This document shows, piece by piece, positions 29,085 to 40,291 of a stretch of DNA of 50,595 nt. Positions within the stretch are counted from its first letter, which is position 1, and the number at the start of each line of letters is the position of its first letter. The notes beneath the pieces were generated by a model that had not been told where the DNA came from, ran no database searches, and worked only from the letters and a program-made list of their open reading frames with translations. The stretch covers positions 1-50,595 of the forward strand of contig JAYTOU010000006.1 of the NCBI GenBank assembly GCA_043747615.1, read 5' to 3'. This DNA is from Myxococcales bacterium. GTDB taxonomy: Bacteria > Myxococcota_A > Polyangia > Polyangiales > Polyangiaceae. The translations under genes were made by a program, and so were the position numbers.

Positions 29085-30092
29085 ATGAACAAATCCCCTT
29101 CGCCGCTGCTCGGCTACAACAACAACGTCCGGCACAAGAACCGGGTCTTCCATATTCAAACGGAAGACTCCGGCATCAAGCACCCCCACATCATCACTCA
29201 CCTCTTCATGGATGGCGGGCGCATCCTCAAGTCCGTGAAGACGAGCTATGCGGAGCAGGTCGGCGCGGAAGGAATGGCCGATTCCGTTCGTCAGATGATG
29301 AAGGAGCAGCACAAGGCCATGTTCATCGCTCTGCGCGATGGACAGTTCGACGAGCTCGTCGATGCAGGGGTGGCGTACGCCGCGGCGCGAGAGCAGGCTC
29401 CTGCGTCGAAGAGTTTGCCGACACAGGATAAAATCGCGATAGGCATCGCACCAACGCTCGCACCGCCCCCGTTGAAACGGGACGAGCCGGCGAATGAGCG
29501 CGATGAAGCGCCGTCGGAGAAAGCGCCTGCAACGACCCGAGAGCCGCCGCTCGAGCTCGACATCGAGGCCCTCGAGCGCGCGTCGCACTCCGACGGGGCG
29601 CCCGTCTTCAAGTCCGACAACGATCTCCCGCCGCCAAATCCGAATACGCTCAAGCGGCCCGACACCGGGCGCTATCCGCATGTGACGTCGCGCGAAGATC
29701 CTGATCAGCCGCGAACGGCAATCGTCGAGTCGATCCGCAGTCCGGCGGCGGCGAGGCAGTCGTCGAAGCCGCACCACAATGTGCCCGCGAGCTTGAAGCG
29801 GCCGACCCCGAGGCCACCTCCGAACGCCGCGCCGAAGCCCGCGGTCGCTGCGAGGGCGGCTTCACCCGTGCCGCCGTTCTCCTCACCGGCCCGTCCCCCG
29901 CCGAAGCTCTCCGACGCCGAGCCCGGCACGGGCCAAGGACGCTACGCGCCGGCGCGTCCCGCGGCGATTTTTGGGCAGACGCGCCCGCAGCAAGGAAGCT
30001 CGATTTTCGGAGAAGACCTCATCAGCGACAAATCGCTCGACGAAGTCATCTTGAGCTACCTCGCCGAAGATCTCGACAGCGAGAAAAAATAA
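29085..30092 (+). CDS. Hypothetical protein: globular N-domain, Pro-rich disordered linker, short C-terminal helix
   Basis: N-terminus GYNNNVRHK..FHIQTEDSG..HIITHLF..GG, long P/A-rich middle, C-terminus FGEDLISDKSLDEVILSYL. Confidence 0.85.
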   Translation: MNKSPSPLLGYNNNVRHKNRVFHIQTEDSGIKHPHIITHLFMDGGRILKSVKTSYAEQVGAEGMADSVRQMMKEQHKAMFIALRDGQFDELVDAGVAYAAAREQAPASKSLPTQDKIAIGIAPTLAPPPLKRDEPANERDEAPSEKAPATTREPPLELDIEALERASHSDGAPVFKSDNDLPPPNPNTLKRPDTGRYPHVTSREDPDQPRTAIVESIRSPAAARQSSKPHHNVPASLKRPTPRPPPNAAPKPAVAARAASPVPPFSSPARPPPKLSDAEPGTGQGRYAPARPAAIFGQTRPQQGSSIFGEDLISDKSLDEVILSYLAEDLDSEKK

Positions 30093-30112
30093 CGACACGC
30101 GGCAGACCGCGC

Positions 30113-31849
30113 TCAGTCGGGCGAAAAAGTCAGGTCGGCATCGGCGGTGACGAGCGCGCCATCCGGGCGAGCGATCACCTTGCCGATCGCCGATTGCATG
30201 ATGCACTGACCTGCCTTCGGGGGAATCGGCGGGCTCCCGCTCAGGTTCGCGGCGGTGACGTGCCCGGTGTCGTCCGTCTCCAAGTGCAAGACCATCTTCG
30301 AGACGGCAGGACGCGTCGCATGAAGCTCTCCCTGATAGCAGTGCGTGAAAAGGAATGCGTTCAGGATCGCGCGAACGTTCGCCTGCGGAGCTCCCGTTGC
30401 CCGCACGTTGCCAACCACTACCTTGGCGTTCATCGGATCGAAATGCCCCGCGACGGGCGGCGCGGGAGGAGTTGCCGAATCGAAAGGCGGCGGCGGGACC
30501 GCGGGGGGAGACGAAGACTCGACGACCGGCGGCGTGGCGCTCTTCACCAGCGGGGGATTCTTCGGCGGCCGGGTCAGCTTCGGCGCAGACACGGAAGGAG
30601 CGCTCGGCGTCACCGGCGGAAACTCGGATACATGCGCCGTCACCGAGACCGCCAAGGTGCTCAGCGGCGTGACGGGAACGCGCGGAGGAGCGTGCCTCAA
30701 ACCGAAATACGCTCCAACGGCCGCGACCGCGAGGAGCGGGACGACAACATAGAAACCGGTGTTCCTCCGCGGCACGACCTCGACCACTTCGTCGAACAGC
30801 GTCTCGGTTTCGATCGGGGCCAGCTTGGCCTGGGCTGCCGCACCCGCACGGACGGCGCTCGAATCGATCGCCACCGCCGTTGCCGCGTTCCCGAGAAAAC
30901 CGTCGGCAGGGGCCGGCCCGACCGACGTGGGATGCGCATTCTGCGAGCCGCGATCGATGACCGCGCGGAGATCGGAGCGCAGCTCGCGCGCCGTCTGGTA
31001 ACGGTCTTGACGCTTCTTTCTCAGCGCTTTCAGGACGATCGCGTCGAGGCGGGGATCGACCAGCGGATTGATCTCCGAGGGGCGCGGCGGCTCGTCCGTC
31101 ACGTGCTTGAGGACGACGCCGAGGGCGCTCTCGGCCTCGAACGGGACCTTGCCCGTGAGGAGCTGAAAGAGAATCACGCCGACCGAGTAGAGATCGCTTC
31201 GCGCATCGAGGGGCTCGCCGCGCCCTTGCTCGGGCGACATGTACTCGGGTGTCCCGACGACCAGGCCGCTCGTGGTGAGCGGGCTCCCGCTCTTGGTCAG
31301 ATCTTTTTGACCGCGCGTTTCGGTGAGCTTGGCGATCCCGAAATCGCAGACCTTGACCACGTCACGGTCGTCGCCGTCGTCGCTCTTGCCTTTGAGGATC
31401 ATGATGTTCTCAGGCTTTAAATCCCGATGAACGACGCCCATGTCGTGGGCTACGGCGAGCGCGGCGAGGGTCTGCATGAGGATGTCGACGACGCGGTTGA
31501 GCGACATCGGCCAGTTTTCCTGGAGGACACGGTGGAGGTCCTGACCGTCGAGGTACTCCATGGCGATGTAGAGGAGCCCGTCGGAGGTCTCTTCGCCGTA
31601 GTCGATGACCCGCATCGAGTTGGCGTGATCGATGCGCGACGCAGCCTTCGCCTCCCGGAGGAAGCGCGCGGCGAACATGCTGTCGCTCGTGAGCCCGCGA
31701 TGCATCACCTTGATCGCCACGGTGGTCTCGAGGGACGTGAAGCGCGCGCGGTACACGGCTCCCATCGCCCCACCGCCGAGGAAGGACTCAATCGCAAATT
31801 TTCCTGCGATGACGCGCCCGATTAATCCGGGATCCGGGTCCTTCGACAT
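30113..31849 (-). CDS. Membrane Ser/Thr protein kinase with periplasmic TonB-C/AgmX-like C-terminal domain
   Basis: GGGAMG, VAIK, HRDLKPEN, DFG, GTPEYMSPE, TM helix FYVVVPLLAVAAVGAYF, Pro-rich linker, F.HCY...CI C-domain. Confidence 0.93.
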   Translation of the reverse strand: MSKDPDPGLIGRVIAGKFAIESFLGGGAMGAVYRARFTSLETTVAIKVMHRGLTSDSMFAARFLREAKAASRIDHANSMRVIDYGEETSDGLLYIAMEYLDGQDLHRVLQENWPMSLNRVVDILMQTLAALAVAHDMGVVHRDLKPENIMILKGKSDDGDDRDVVKVCDFGIAKLTETRGQKDLTKSGSPLTTSGLVVGTPEYMSPEQGRGEPLDARSDLYSVGVILFQLLTGKVPFEAESALGVVLKHVTDEPPRPSEINPLVDPRLDAIVLKALRKKRQDRYQTARELRSDLRAVIDRGSQNAHPTSVGPAPADGFLGNAATAVAIDSSAVRAGAAAQAKLAPIETETLFDEVVEVVPRRNTGFYVVVPLLAVAAVGAYFGLRHAPPRVPVTPLSTLAVSVTAHVSEFPPVTPSAPSVSAPKLTRPPKNPPLVKSATPPVVESSSPPAVPPPPFDSATPPAPPVAGHFDPMNAKVVVGNVRATGAPQANVRAILNAFLFTHCYQGELHATRPAVSKMVLHLETDDTGHVTAANLSGSPPIPPKAGQCIMQSAIGKVIARPDGALVTADADLTFSPD

Positions 31850-31980
31850 CGCCGGGAAGTCTAACGGACGAGGGCCAGCGCTGCCAGGTTCCGACCTGAA
31901 TGAATGTTTTCTCTGCGCTAGTCACTAAACGAAGGGGCGCGCGATCCAGGCCTCATTGTAGGAGCGTGACAGCCGATCGC

Positions 31981-33177
31981 TCAAATCGCGTGTTTTTTGC
32001 CTGCTTCGCGGGCAGCACGCACCGCCGCCAAATCGTAATCGCTCACCGCGCTGACCGAATCCGCCACCTGCGCGGGAGATGCACCGGTGGCGATAAGGGC
32101 CCGCGCTTCGCCGTCGCCCGTGAGGAGATCGAAGGCCGGGATGTCGTCGATGAACTCGTAACGCTCGGTGCGAAACCGAAACTTCTCTGGTTGCTGTTTG
32201 TAGGCCAGCGTGATGAGCGCGAGGTACGCGGCCACCGGACGAAAGGAGAGCGGGTCCGTCACGTGCACTTGCACGCCACCGCACGTCTCGCCGGCGTGCT
32301 TCTGGAACGTGGGACGGAATGCGGCTGGGCGAACGCGGACGCCCGCAAGATTGAGGGCATGAAAATCGTGCGCGAGCTTTGCACCGTCGATCCACGGCGC
32401 GCCCAGGAGCTCGAAGGGACGCGTAGTTCCTCGCCCCTCGGAGAGGTTCGTCCCTTCCACGAGGCAACCGCCCGGATAGACGAGCGCCGTGCGGTACGTC
32501 GGCATGTTCGGTGAGGGCAAGATGAACGGGCGATCCCACATGGGTGCGTGCTCCGTGCGATCGATGCCCCTCACGGAGACGACGCGAAGCTGCTCGGCGG
32601 CAAGCCCCTCTTCCGCCGCTCGCCAGGCCACGAGATCGCCGAGAGTGAGCGCATGGCGGATCGGGATGGCCTCGAGCCCCACAAGGGAGCGGAATTCTGG
32701 GCGCTGTTTGTGGCCCTCTACAGAGCTAAGTGCGCAACCAATCGGGTTCGGTCGATCGAGCACGATCACCCTCTTATTCAGGCGCGCGCACGTCCGAAGC
32801 GCCAGGACGGCCGTCCATACGAAGGTGTAGTAGCGGGCTCCCACGTCCTGAAGATCGATCACCAGAAGATCGACGTCCGCGAGATCGTCGTCGCTCGGAC
32901 TACAGGCAGCGAACGTCTCCCCGTAGAGACTGCGCACCGGGATGCCCCGACGATCGCGCGCGTCGGTGATACCAATCATGTCCTGCGCTTCGCCGCCGTA
33001 GCCGTGCTCCGGACCGAAGATGACGCTTGGCTTTCCGCCGACGCCGATGAGAATTTCCACGGCGTGCACGAGATCCCGTGTGACCGACGCCGGGTGGGCA
33101 AGGAGCGCGAGCTTCGTGCCCCGAACGTGCTTGGCGACGTGTGCGTCCGAGGCTAGTCGGTCGAGTCCGGTGTCCAT
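31981..33177 (-). CDS. namZ: Exo-beta-N-acetylmuramidase NamZ (DUF1343) family
   Basis: FGPEHG, DLQDVGARYYTF, LDRPNP, PSPNMPT, EGTNLSEGRGTTRPFE, P.FQKH.G. Confidence 0.92.
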   Translation of the reverse strand: MDTGLDRLASDAHVAKHVRGTKLALLAHPASVTRDLVHAVEILIGVGGKPSVIFGPEHGYGGEAQDMIGITDARDRRGIPVRSLYGETFAACSPSDDDLADVDLLVIDLQDVGARYYTFVWTAVLALRTCARLNKRVIVLDRPNPIGCALSSVEGHKQRPEFRSLVGLEAIPIRHALTLGDLVAWRAAEEGLAAEQLRVVSVRGIDRTEHAPMWDRPFILPSPNMPTYRTALVYPGGCLVEGTNLSEGRGTTRPFELLGAPWIDGAKLAHDFHALNLAGVRVRPAAFRPTFQKHAGETCGGVQVHVTDPLSFRPVAAYLALITLAYKQQPEKFRFRTERYEFIDDIPAFDLLTGDGEARALIATGASPAQVADSVSAVSDYDLAAVRAAREAGKKHAI

Positions 33178-33299
33178 GGATGCCACTCTAGTCGGCCTGC
33201 GGATGATGGTGCTGCCGGATCGACGTCCAGCCGCCTACGCAATGGTTGCGTCTCGCCTGAGGTGGTCGAGCGTGAACACCCGAAATCTTGGTAGAAAAG

Positions 33300-33308
33300 T
33301 GGTAAGCT
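33300..33308 (+). promoter_or_regulatory. Putative extended -10 promoter for the enhancer-binding protein gene
   Basis: TG-G-TAAGCT 25 nt upstream of ATG 33334. GAGGT SD at 33326-33330. Confidence 0.45.
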
Positions 33309-33333
33309 GGATACGCAAGGATTGCGAGGTCGT

Positions 33334-34698
<1,365 letters not shown>

Positions 34699-34712
34699 CT
34701 CATCTCACGTTC

Positions 34713-36158
34713 ATGCCCCGTAGCCTCCTCGCGTCGCAGACCGTCTTGGTTGCCTTGGTCGGTTCGGTTTCGTGCGCATCCCTGCCAGCGAAGATGCCGC
34801 CTCCGTCGCCGCCCATGGGGCGCGAGTGGCGCTATGAAGTGGTGGTGCACGATGGTGCGGAGGTCCTGTCCGTCGCCGCGACCTTCCCGGTGGGAACGAC
34901 CCCGAAGCTCTCCGTGAGCGACGGCGCAGAGCCGTACGTGAAAGAGGTGGAGATCGAAAACCGCGGCGAGTGGCAACGGCTTCCCCTCATGGACGACATA
35001 TGGATCGCGCCGACGTGCGCGGGTGGGTGCCGCCTACGCTACCAGTTCGATCTTGCGAAGGCAGCCATCACCCTCGACCGCGACGATCTCGCCTCCGGCC
35101 AGAGCGGCGTCATTCAGGCTCCGCCGGCGACGTGGCTCCTTCATCCGCTCGACGCCCAAGAACCCGAGCAGCGGTTTCGATTTCACGTGACCATTGCAAC
35201 GGGGGTCAGCTTCGCGACGGGCGTCTCGCGTGCGCGCGATGGCTCACCGGCTACCTTCGAAGCACCGGCCCGGGATCTCGGCGCTCCTCCCTACAGTCTC
35301 TTCGGGAAGCTCAAGGTACGGCGCGTTACCTTCGACAACTCGTACGTCGAGGTGGCCATGGGCCCCGGACAGATGGCGTTGAGCGACGCGGCGATCGATC
35401 GCTGGGTGAGCCGCTCAGGCCACGCCGTATCGAGTTTTTACGGTACTTTTCCGATCGCAGGAGCGATGCTCGGAATGCTTCCGACCCGCGATGACGGGGT
35501 CGGCTTCGGGCGCACGATGGCCGGCGGCGGCGCGTCCATTCTCATGAACCTCGGGAGGACCGCGGCGGAAAGTGATCTCACCACCGACTGGGTTCTCACC
35601 CACGAAATGCTTCATCTCGCCTTCCCAGATGTGGGTCGCGAACATTTGTGGATCGAAGAAGGGCTCGCTACGTACGTCGAGCCGCTCGCCCGCGCGCGCA
35701 TCGGAAGTCTACAAGCCGAAGAGGTCTGGAGGGGCATGGTCAAGGGGATGCCAAAGGGTCTTCCGCAGCCGGGCGACGCCGGCCTCGATCGGACGCACTC
35801 CTGGGGACGCACCTACTGGGGCGGCGCGCTCTTCTGTCTGGTCGCCGATCTCGAGATCCGAAAGATCACGAACAATCAGAAATCGATCGCTGACGCCCTG
35901 CGCGGAATTCTGCGAGCGGGTGGAAACGGAGCGGTGCGCTGGGATCTCGCGCGCGCGATCGAAGAGGGAGACACGGCCACGGGAACGACGGTCCTGCGCG
36001 ATCTCTACGCAACGTGGTCCACCACGCCGGTGAACGTGGACCTCGATGCGATGTGGAAGGGTCTCGGCGTGACCATTCAGGGAGATGCAGTCACGTTCGA
36101 CGACGCCGCGCCGCTCGCCGCCGTTCGCCGATCGATGACCGCACAGGTGAATAAGTAG
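34713..36158 (+). CDS. Gluzincin metallopeptidase (M61/MA-like), probable lipoprotein
   Basis: SVS-C lipobox-like, HEMLH....WIEEGLATY, YWGGAL. Confidence 0.8.
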   Translation: MPRSLLASQTVLVALVGSVSCASLPAKMPPPSPPMGREWRYEVVVHDGAEVLSVAATFPVGTTPKLSVSDGAEPYVKEVEIENRGEWQRLPLMDDIWIAPTCAGGCRLRYQFDLAKAAITLDRDDLASGQSGVIQAPPATWLLHPLDAQEPEQRFRFHVTIATGVSFATGVSRARDGSPATFEAPARDLGAPPYSLFGKLKVRRVTFDNSYVEVAMGPGQMALSDAAIDRWVSRSGHAVSSFYGTFPIAGAMLGMLPTRDDGVGFGRTMAGGGASILMNLGRTAAESDLTTDWVLTHEMLHLAFPDVGREHLWIEEGLATYVEPLARARIGSLQAEEVWRGMVKGMPKGLPQPGDAGLDRTHSWGRTYWGGALFCLVADLEIRKITNNQKSIADALRGILRAGGNGAVRWDLARAIEEGDTATGTTVLRDLYATWSTTPVNVDLDAMWKGLGVTIQGDAVTFDDAAPLAAVRRSMTAQVNK

Positions 36159-36171
36159 GTATCGTCTGGTC

Positions 36172-37557
36172 GTGGCGTACGACTACGATCTCGTCGTTCT
36201 CGGTGCGGGCCCCGCGGGTGAAAAAGGAGCCGTGCAGGCGGCGTATTTCGGGAAAAAAGTGGCGATCGTCGAGTGCGCGCCGGAGCCCGGCGGAGCGGCC
36301 GTGCACACCGGGACGCTACCCTCGAAAACGCTCAGGGAGACGGCGCTCTTTCTCTCCGGCTATCGCCAGAGCGAGCTCTACGGCCTCACGGTGCACGTGA
36401 ATCCGAAGCTCGCCGTGCCGAAGCTTCTCTCCCGAAAAAATGCGGTGCGTGAGCTCGAAGTGGCGCGCATCAAGTGGAACCTCGACCGCCACAACGTTCA
36501 CTACGTGCAAGGCGTCGCGCGCCTCCTCGACCCGCATACGATGGAGCTGGGGGCCGGACACACGCTCCGCAAGTTGACGAGCGAGTGCTTTCTCATCGCC
36601 ACCGGATCTAAGCCATTTCAGCCGGCGAGCATCGCGTTCGAAGACGAAGACATCGACGACTCCGACACCGTTCTGATGATCGATCGCCTGCCGAAGACGA
36701 TGACCATCCTCGGCGCCGGGGTCATCGGGTGCGAGTACGCCTCGATGTTCGCGGCCATGCGCGTCGCGGTCACGCTCGTCGAGCCGCGCGCAAAGCTCCT
36801 TCCGTTCTTGGACCTAGAGATGGGCGAGCGCCTGCGGACCGCCTTGGTCGGCCTCGGCGTAGACATCAAGCTCGGCGTCACTCCCGGAAAAGTGGAGCGC
36901 GTTGCCGGAGGAATTTCTTGCGAGCTCTCGAGCGGCGCGCCGATCATCAGTGAGAAGCTCCTCTTCGCGTCGGGTCGCATGGGACGCACGGAGGAGCTCG
37001 GTCTCGACAAGCTGGGTGTCCCCGTCGACAAGCGCGGCTACGTGCAGGTCGACGCCAACTACCGCACCGAAGTGCCGAGCATCTATGCGGCAGGCGATGT
37101 CATCGGCTTCCCTGCCCTCGCGTCCACGTCCATGGAACAAGCGCGCGTCGCGGTTTGCCACGCCTTTGGCTTCACGTACAAAGTGCAGGTATCGGGCGTG
37201 CTTCCATTCGGCATCTACACCATTCCGGAGGTCAGCTGCGTCGGGCTCTCCGAAGAAGCGGGGCGCGAGCAGAAGATCGATTTCGTAGTGGGGCGCGCGT
37301 TCTATCGTGACAACGCCCGCGGCAAAATCATCGGCGACAAAGACGGCATGATCAAATTGCTCTTCGATCGCGGCTCCCGAAAGCTCCTCGGCTGCCACTG
37401 CATCGGCGATCGCGCGTCCGAGCTAGTCCACATCGGGCAAGCAGTCCTCATGCTAGGCGGCACGGTGGAGATCTTCATCGAGATGGTCTTCAACTACCCG
37501 ACGCTCGCCGAGGTCTTCAAATATGCGGCCTACGACGCCCTCGCGCACTTCGGCTAG
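36172..37557 (+). CDS. sthA: Soluble (Si-specific) NAD(P)+ transhydrogenase
   Basis: GAGPAG, GTLPSKTLRE, DSDTVL, GAGVIGCEYAS, AAGDVIGFPALASTSMEQ, GIYTIPE, ELVHIGQ, FNYPTLAE..K.AA. Confidence 0.93.
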   Translation: MAYDYDLVVLGAGPAGEKGAVQAAYFGKKVAIVECAPEPGGAAVHTGTLPSKTLRETALFLSGYRQSELYGLTVHVNPKLAVPKLLSRKNAVRELEVARIKWNLDRHNVHYVQGVARLLDPHTMELGAGHTLRKLTSECFLIATGSKPFQPASIAFEDEDIDDSDTVLMIDRLPKTMTILGAGVIGCEYASMFAAMRVAVTLVEPRAKLLPFLDLEMGERLRTALVGLGVDIKLGVTPGKVERVAGGISCELSSGAPIISEKLLFASGRMGRTEELGLDKLGVPVDKRGYVQVDANYRTEVPSIYAAGDVIGFPALASTSMEQARVAVCHAFGFTYKVQVSGVLPFGIYTIPEVSCVGLSEEAGREQKIDFVVGRAFYRDNARGKIIGDKDGMIKLLFDRGSRKLLGCHCIGDRASELVHIGQAVLMLGGTVEIFIEMVFNYPTLAEVFKYAAYDALAHFG

Positions 37558-37600
37558 GCCGTCTCTAATTCCGCGCGCTCATGGCTTATGATGCGCGGTG

Positions 37601-38263
37601 ATGAAAGACGTATCGACCCCCACCCTCGCCCACTACCAAGCGCACGCCGACAGCTTCTGGGAGGGAACTCGCAACCACGACGTCTCGGAGAACTACGCGG
37701 CGTTGCTCGAGGCGATCGGTCGTCCTGCGCCGCTCAAGATCCTCGATTTTGGATGCGGTCCGGGCCGTGATCTTCTCCATTTTCGCTCGCTTGGCCACGA
37801 GCCGATCGGCCTCGATGCGTGCCCCAACTTCGTCGAGCACGCGAAGACGCTGGCGGGCTGCGAGGTCTTGAACCAGAATTTTTTGGAGCTGTCGCTTCCC
37901 AAGGAGTGCTTCGACGGCATCTTCGCGAACGCGTCGCTCTTCCATGTGCCGAGCGAGCATCTTCCTCGCGTCCTCGGCGAGCTCCATGATGCGCTCAAAG
38001 CACGCGGCATCTTTTTCTGTTCGAACCCGCGCGGCTCGACCGGTGCAGTCGCGGGCGACGGCGGCCCGGCGCTTCGTCCACCCGGCGCGGATCGCGAAGG
38101 CTGGTCGGGCGAGCGGTACGGCTGCTTTTTCGAGCTCCCGACGTGGCGCCGCTTCTTCGAGGCCGCCGGCTTCGAAGAGGTCCGTCACTACTTCCGCCCG
38201 AGCGATGTGCCTTCCGAAGAGCGACGCTGGCTCGCCATCGTGTGGCGAAAAAAAGCTGAGTAG
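37601..38263 (+). CDS. Class I SAM-dependent methyltransferase
   Basis: ILDFGCGPGRD, GLDAC, FDGIFANASLFHVP. An alternative GTG start lies at 37598. Confidence 0.9.
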   Translation: MKDVSTPTLAHYQAHADSFWEGTRNHDVSENYAALLEAIGRPAPLKILDFGCGPGRDLLHFRSLGHEPIGLDACPNFVEHAKTLAGCEVLNQNFLELSLPKECFDGIFANASLFHVPSEHLPRVLGELHDALKARGIFFCSNPRGSTGAVAGDGGPALRPPGADREGWSGERYGCFFELPTWRRFFEAAGFEEVRHYFRPSDVPSEERRWLAIVWRKKAE

Positions 38264-38323
38264 GCGCCCGGCGCACAGAAGGCCTCTGCTACGTTGAGGT
38301 CGGCTGCGGGACCATGCTCGCCT

Positions 38324-40276
38324 CTAGATCTTTTCGTCCAGGCGGCGCATGCCTTCGAGGAGGAGCGCCTCGCACGACTGATTGATGACTCGGCTCTGCG
38401 GCTTGAACTGCGGGTCGAGGCCGAACTCGCCGTCGTCCAGCTTGAGCATCGCGTAGAAGGCCTCCTCGCCGCGGAGTGAGCCCCATAGAGCGTTGACCAC
38501 GCTTCCGTTGTCGATGTGGATCTCGCCGGCGTCGGGGCCGTTACGAATCTTCAAATTGCCGGTCTTTCGGCCGTGGAAGAGAACTTGGATCATGTCGGGG
38601 AGGCTCATCTCGCGGAGCGAGCCCGAGACGCCGCGCGCCCCGCGTTGCTTCGTGCGCTGGTCGAGCATGGCCTTGAGCTTGTGCACGAGGACGTCGGTGG
38701 GCGCGGGCTTGGCGACGAAGTCGAGGACGCCGAGGTCGAAGGCTTTCTGAGCGTCGCTCTTTCCCTGCCGTCGCGTGTGGATGACCCACGGCATGTCCTT
38801 GCCCCACTTTTGCTTGCGCGCCTCGGCGAGGAGCGTGAGCCCGTCCGCCTGAGGAAGATCCAGCTCGCTGAGGACGAGATCGATCTCCTCGCTACCGAGG
38901 ATCATGAGTGCTTGCTCGGCGGAGCGCGCCGTCTTCACCTCGAACCCTTGCTCGATCATGCGAAGCTCGAGCACCGTCGTCTCCTCGGGATCGGAGTCGA
39001 CGAGGAGCGCAGCGTAGCGCGTGGAGAGAAGTCGGGCCCGGACATCATCGCCGAGGACCACGGACTTGAAGAGATCGACGAGATGGGGGTCGAAGATCGT
39101 ACCTTTGTATTCTGCAAGTACCGCGCAGGCCTCTGCCGGCCCCAGCGTCTTTCGATAGGGATTTCTCGGGTTTTGGGTGAGATCTGCGTAGGTATCGAGG
39201 GCGGCGAGGATGCGGGCCCCGATGGGGATTTCCTTGCCGGACATTCCGTCGGGGAAGCCCTTGCCGTCGTAGCGCTCGTACATGTGCAGGACCGCTTCGA
39301 TCGTGTCCGATAAAAGGCGAGCACCTTCGAGCAGACGGATGGGCGTGGTCGAGGCCTTCTGCGCCGCGGTCTTGTGGCCGTCGTACTCGCTGCAGTTCAG
39401 GGCGGTGAGGTGGAAGTGTCCCATCTTCCCGACGTCGTGCAGGTAGGCGGCGGCGACGCACGCGTTGATCGTGGCGGGCGGCAGGTTGATCCGTTCGACG
39501 ACCCGGCGCATCAGGCGCGCCACGAGCGCCGAGTGCCCGCGGAGATCGGGGCGGGTGTTCTCGAGCAAGCTCACCATCACGTTGAGGAGCTCGAGCGCGG
39601 CATCGTTGGATGCGCCCGCAGTCGTTGCGCCAGCGTGCGTATGCCCCTTCTCGAGCGATTCGCCGCTCACCACCCGCTCGCGTTTTCCCTCCTGCGAGAG
39701 GGAGTTCGTGAGCGACGCGTCGGACACGAGGTTGCGCTCGTAGACGTTGAGCATCGACTGGAACTGCTCGTGGGCCACGCGATCCAGCAGCGCGAAGGCG
39801 TGGATGTCGCCGCCGTATCCCTTGGCGATTGCTGCGCGCACGGCCGCGGGTCGGGCGATGAACGGCTTGACGTCCTTTGCCCCGGAGACGTGCTGAATCT
39901 CCTTGAGCGTACCTTTGTCGTCCGGGTCGGCAGTGACCACGCTGAGCACGTTGTTCGCGGCGTCGAACATCACCGGAAAAACGCCGAACGTCTCGGCCAC
40001 GCGACGCGGAATGAGCTCGAGCGTCGCCCGGGTGATCTCCGCCTTGGCCAGCTTGTCGCTGCTCACGAAGCGTGTTTGGTGATGCGCTGCGAGCACCCTG
40101 AGGAGCTCAGCCTCCGTGGTCATGCCGAGGACGAGAACCATGTCCTCGATGCGATCGGGCGTGTTCTCCAGCTCTTTCAGGACCTTCTCGTAGTCCTCCG
40201 GAGAGATCACCTTCGCGGCGAGAAGAATTCCGCCCGTCTTCTTGTTGGAGGCGAGCGGTGACGTGGTGGCGCTCAC
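38324..40276 (-). CDS. Signalling protein: MshEN/T2SSE_N-like, HD-GYP-like, pseudo-receiver, DUF4388
   Basis: IPRRVAE.FGVFP..VVTADP (T2SSE_N). GHS..VA, HDVGK, ERYDGKGFPDG..G.EIP.GARIL, FDP. REC with VLSE. GSLREMSLPDMIQVL..GRKTG.L (DUF4388). Confidence 0.88.
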   Translation of the reverse strand: MSATTSPLASNKKTGGILLAAKVISPEDYEKVLKELENTPDRIEDMVLVLGMTTEAELLRVLAAHHQTRFVSSDKLAKAEITRATLELIPRRVAETFGVFPVMFDAANNVLSVVTADPDDKGTLKEIQHVSGAKDVKPFIARPAAVRAAIAKGYGGDIHAFALLDRVAHEQFQSMLNVYERNLVSDASLTNSLSQEGKRERVVSGESLEKGHTHAGATTAGASNDAALELLNVMVSLLENTRPDLRGHSALVARLMRRVVERINLPPATINACVAAAYLHDVGKMGHFHLTALNCSEYDGHKTAAQKASTTPIRLLEGARLLSDTIEAVLHMYERYDGKGFPDGMSGKEIPIGARILAALDTYADLTQNPRNPYRKTLGPAEACAVLAEYKGTIFDPHLVDLFKSVVLGDDVRARLLSTRYAALLVDSDPEETTVLELRMIEQGFEVKTARSAEQALMILGSEEIDLVLSELDLPQADGLTLLAEARKQKWGKDMPWVIHTRRQGKSDAQKAFDLGVLDFVAKPAPTDVLVHKLKAMLDQRTKQRGARGVSGSLREMSLPDMIQVLFHGRKTGNLKIRNGPDAGEIHIDNGSVVNALWGSLRGEEAFYAMLKLDDGEFGLDPQFKPQSRVINQSCEALLLEGMRRLDEKI

Positions 40277-40291
40277 AGCCGGAAGTTTATC

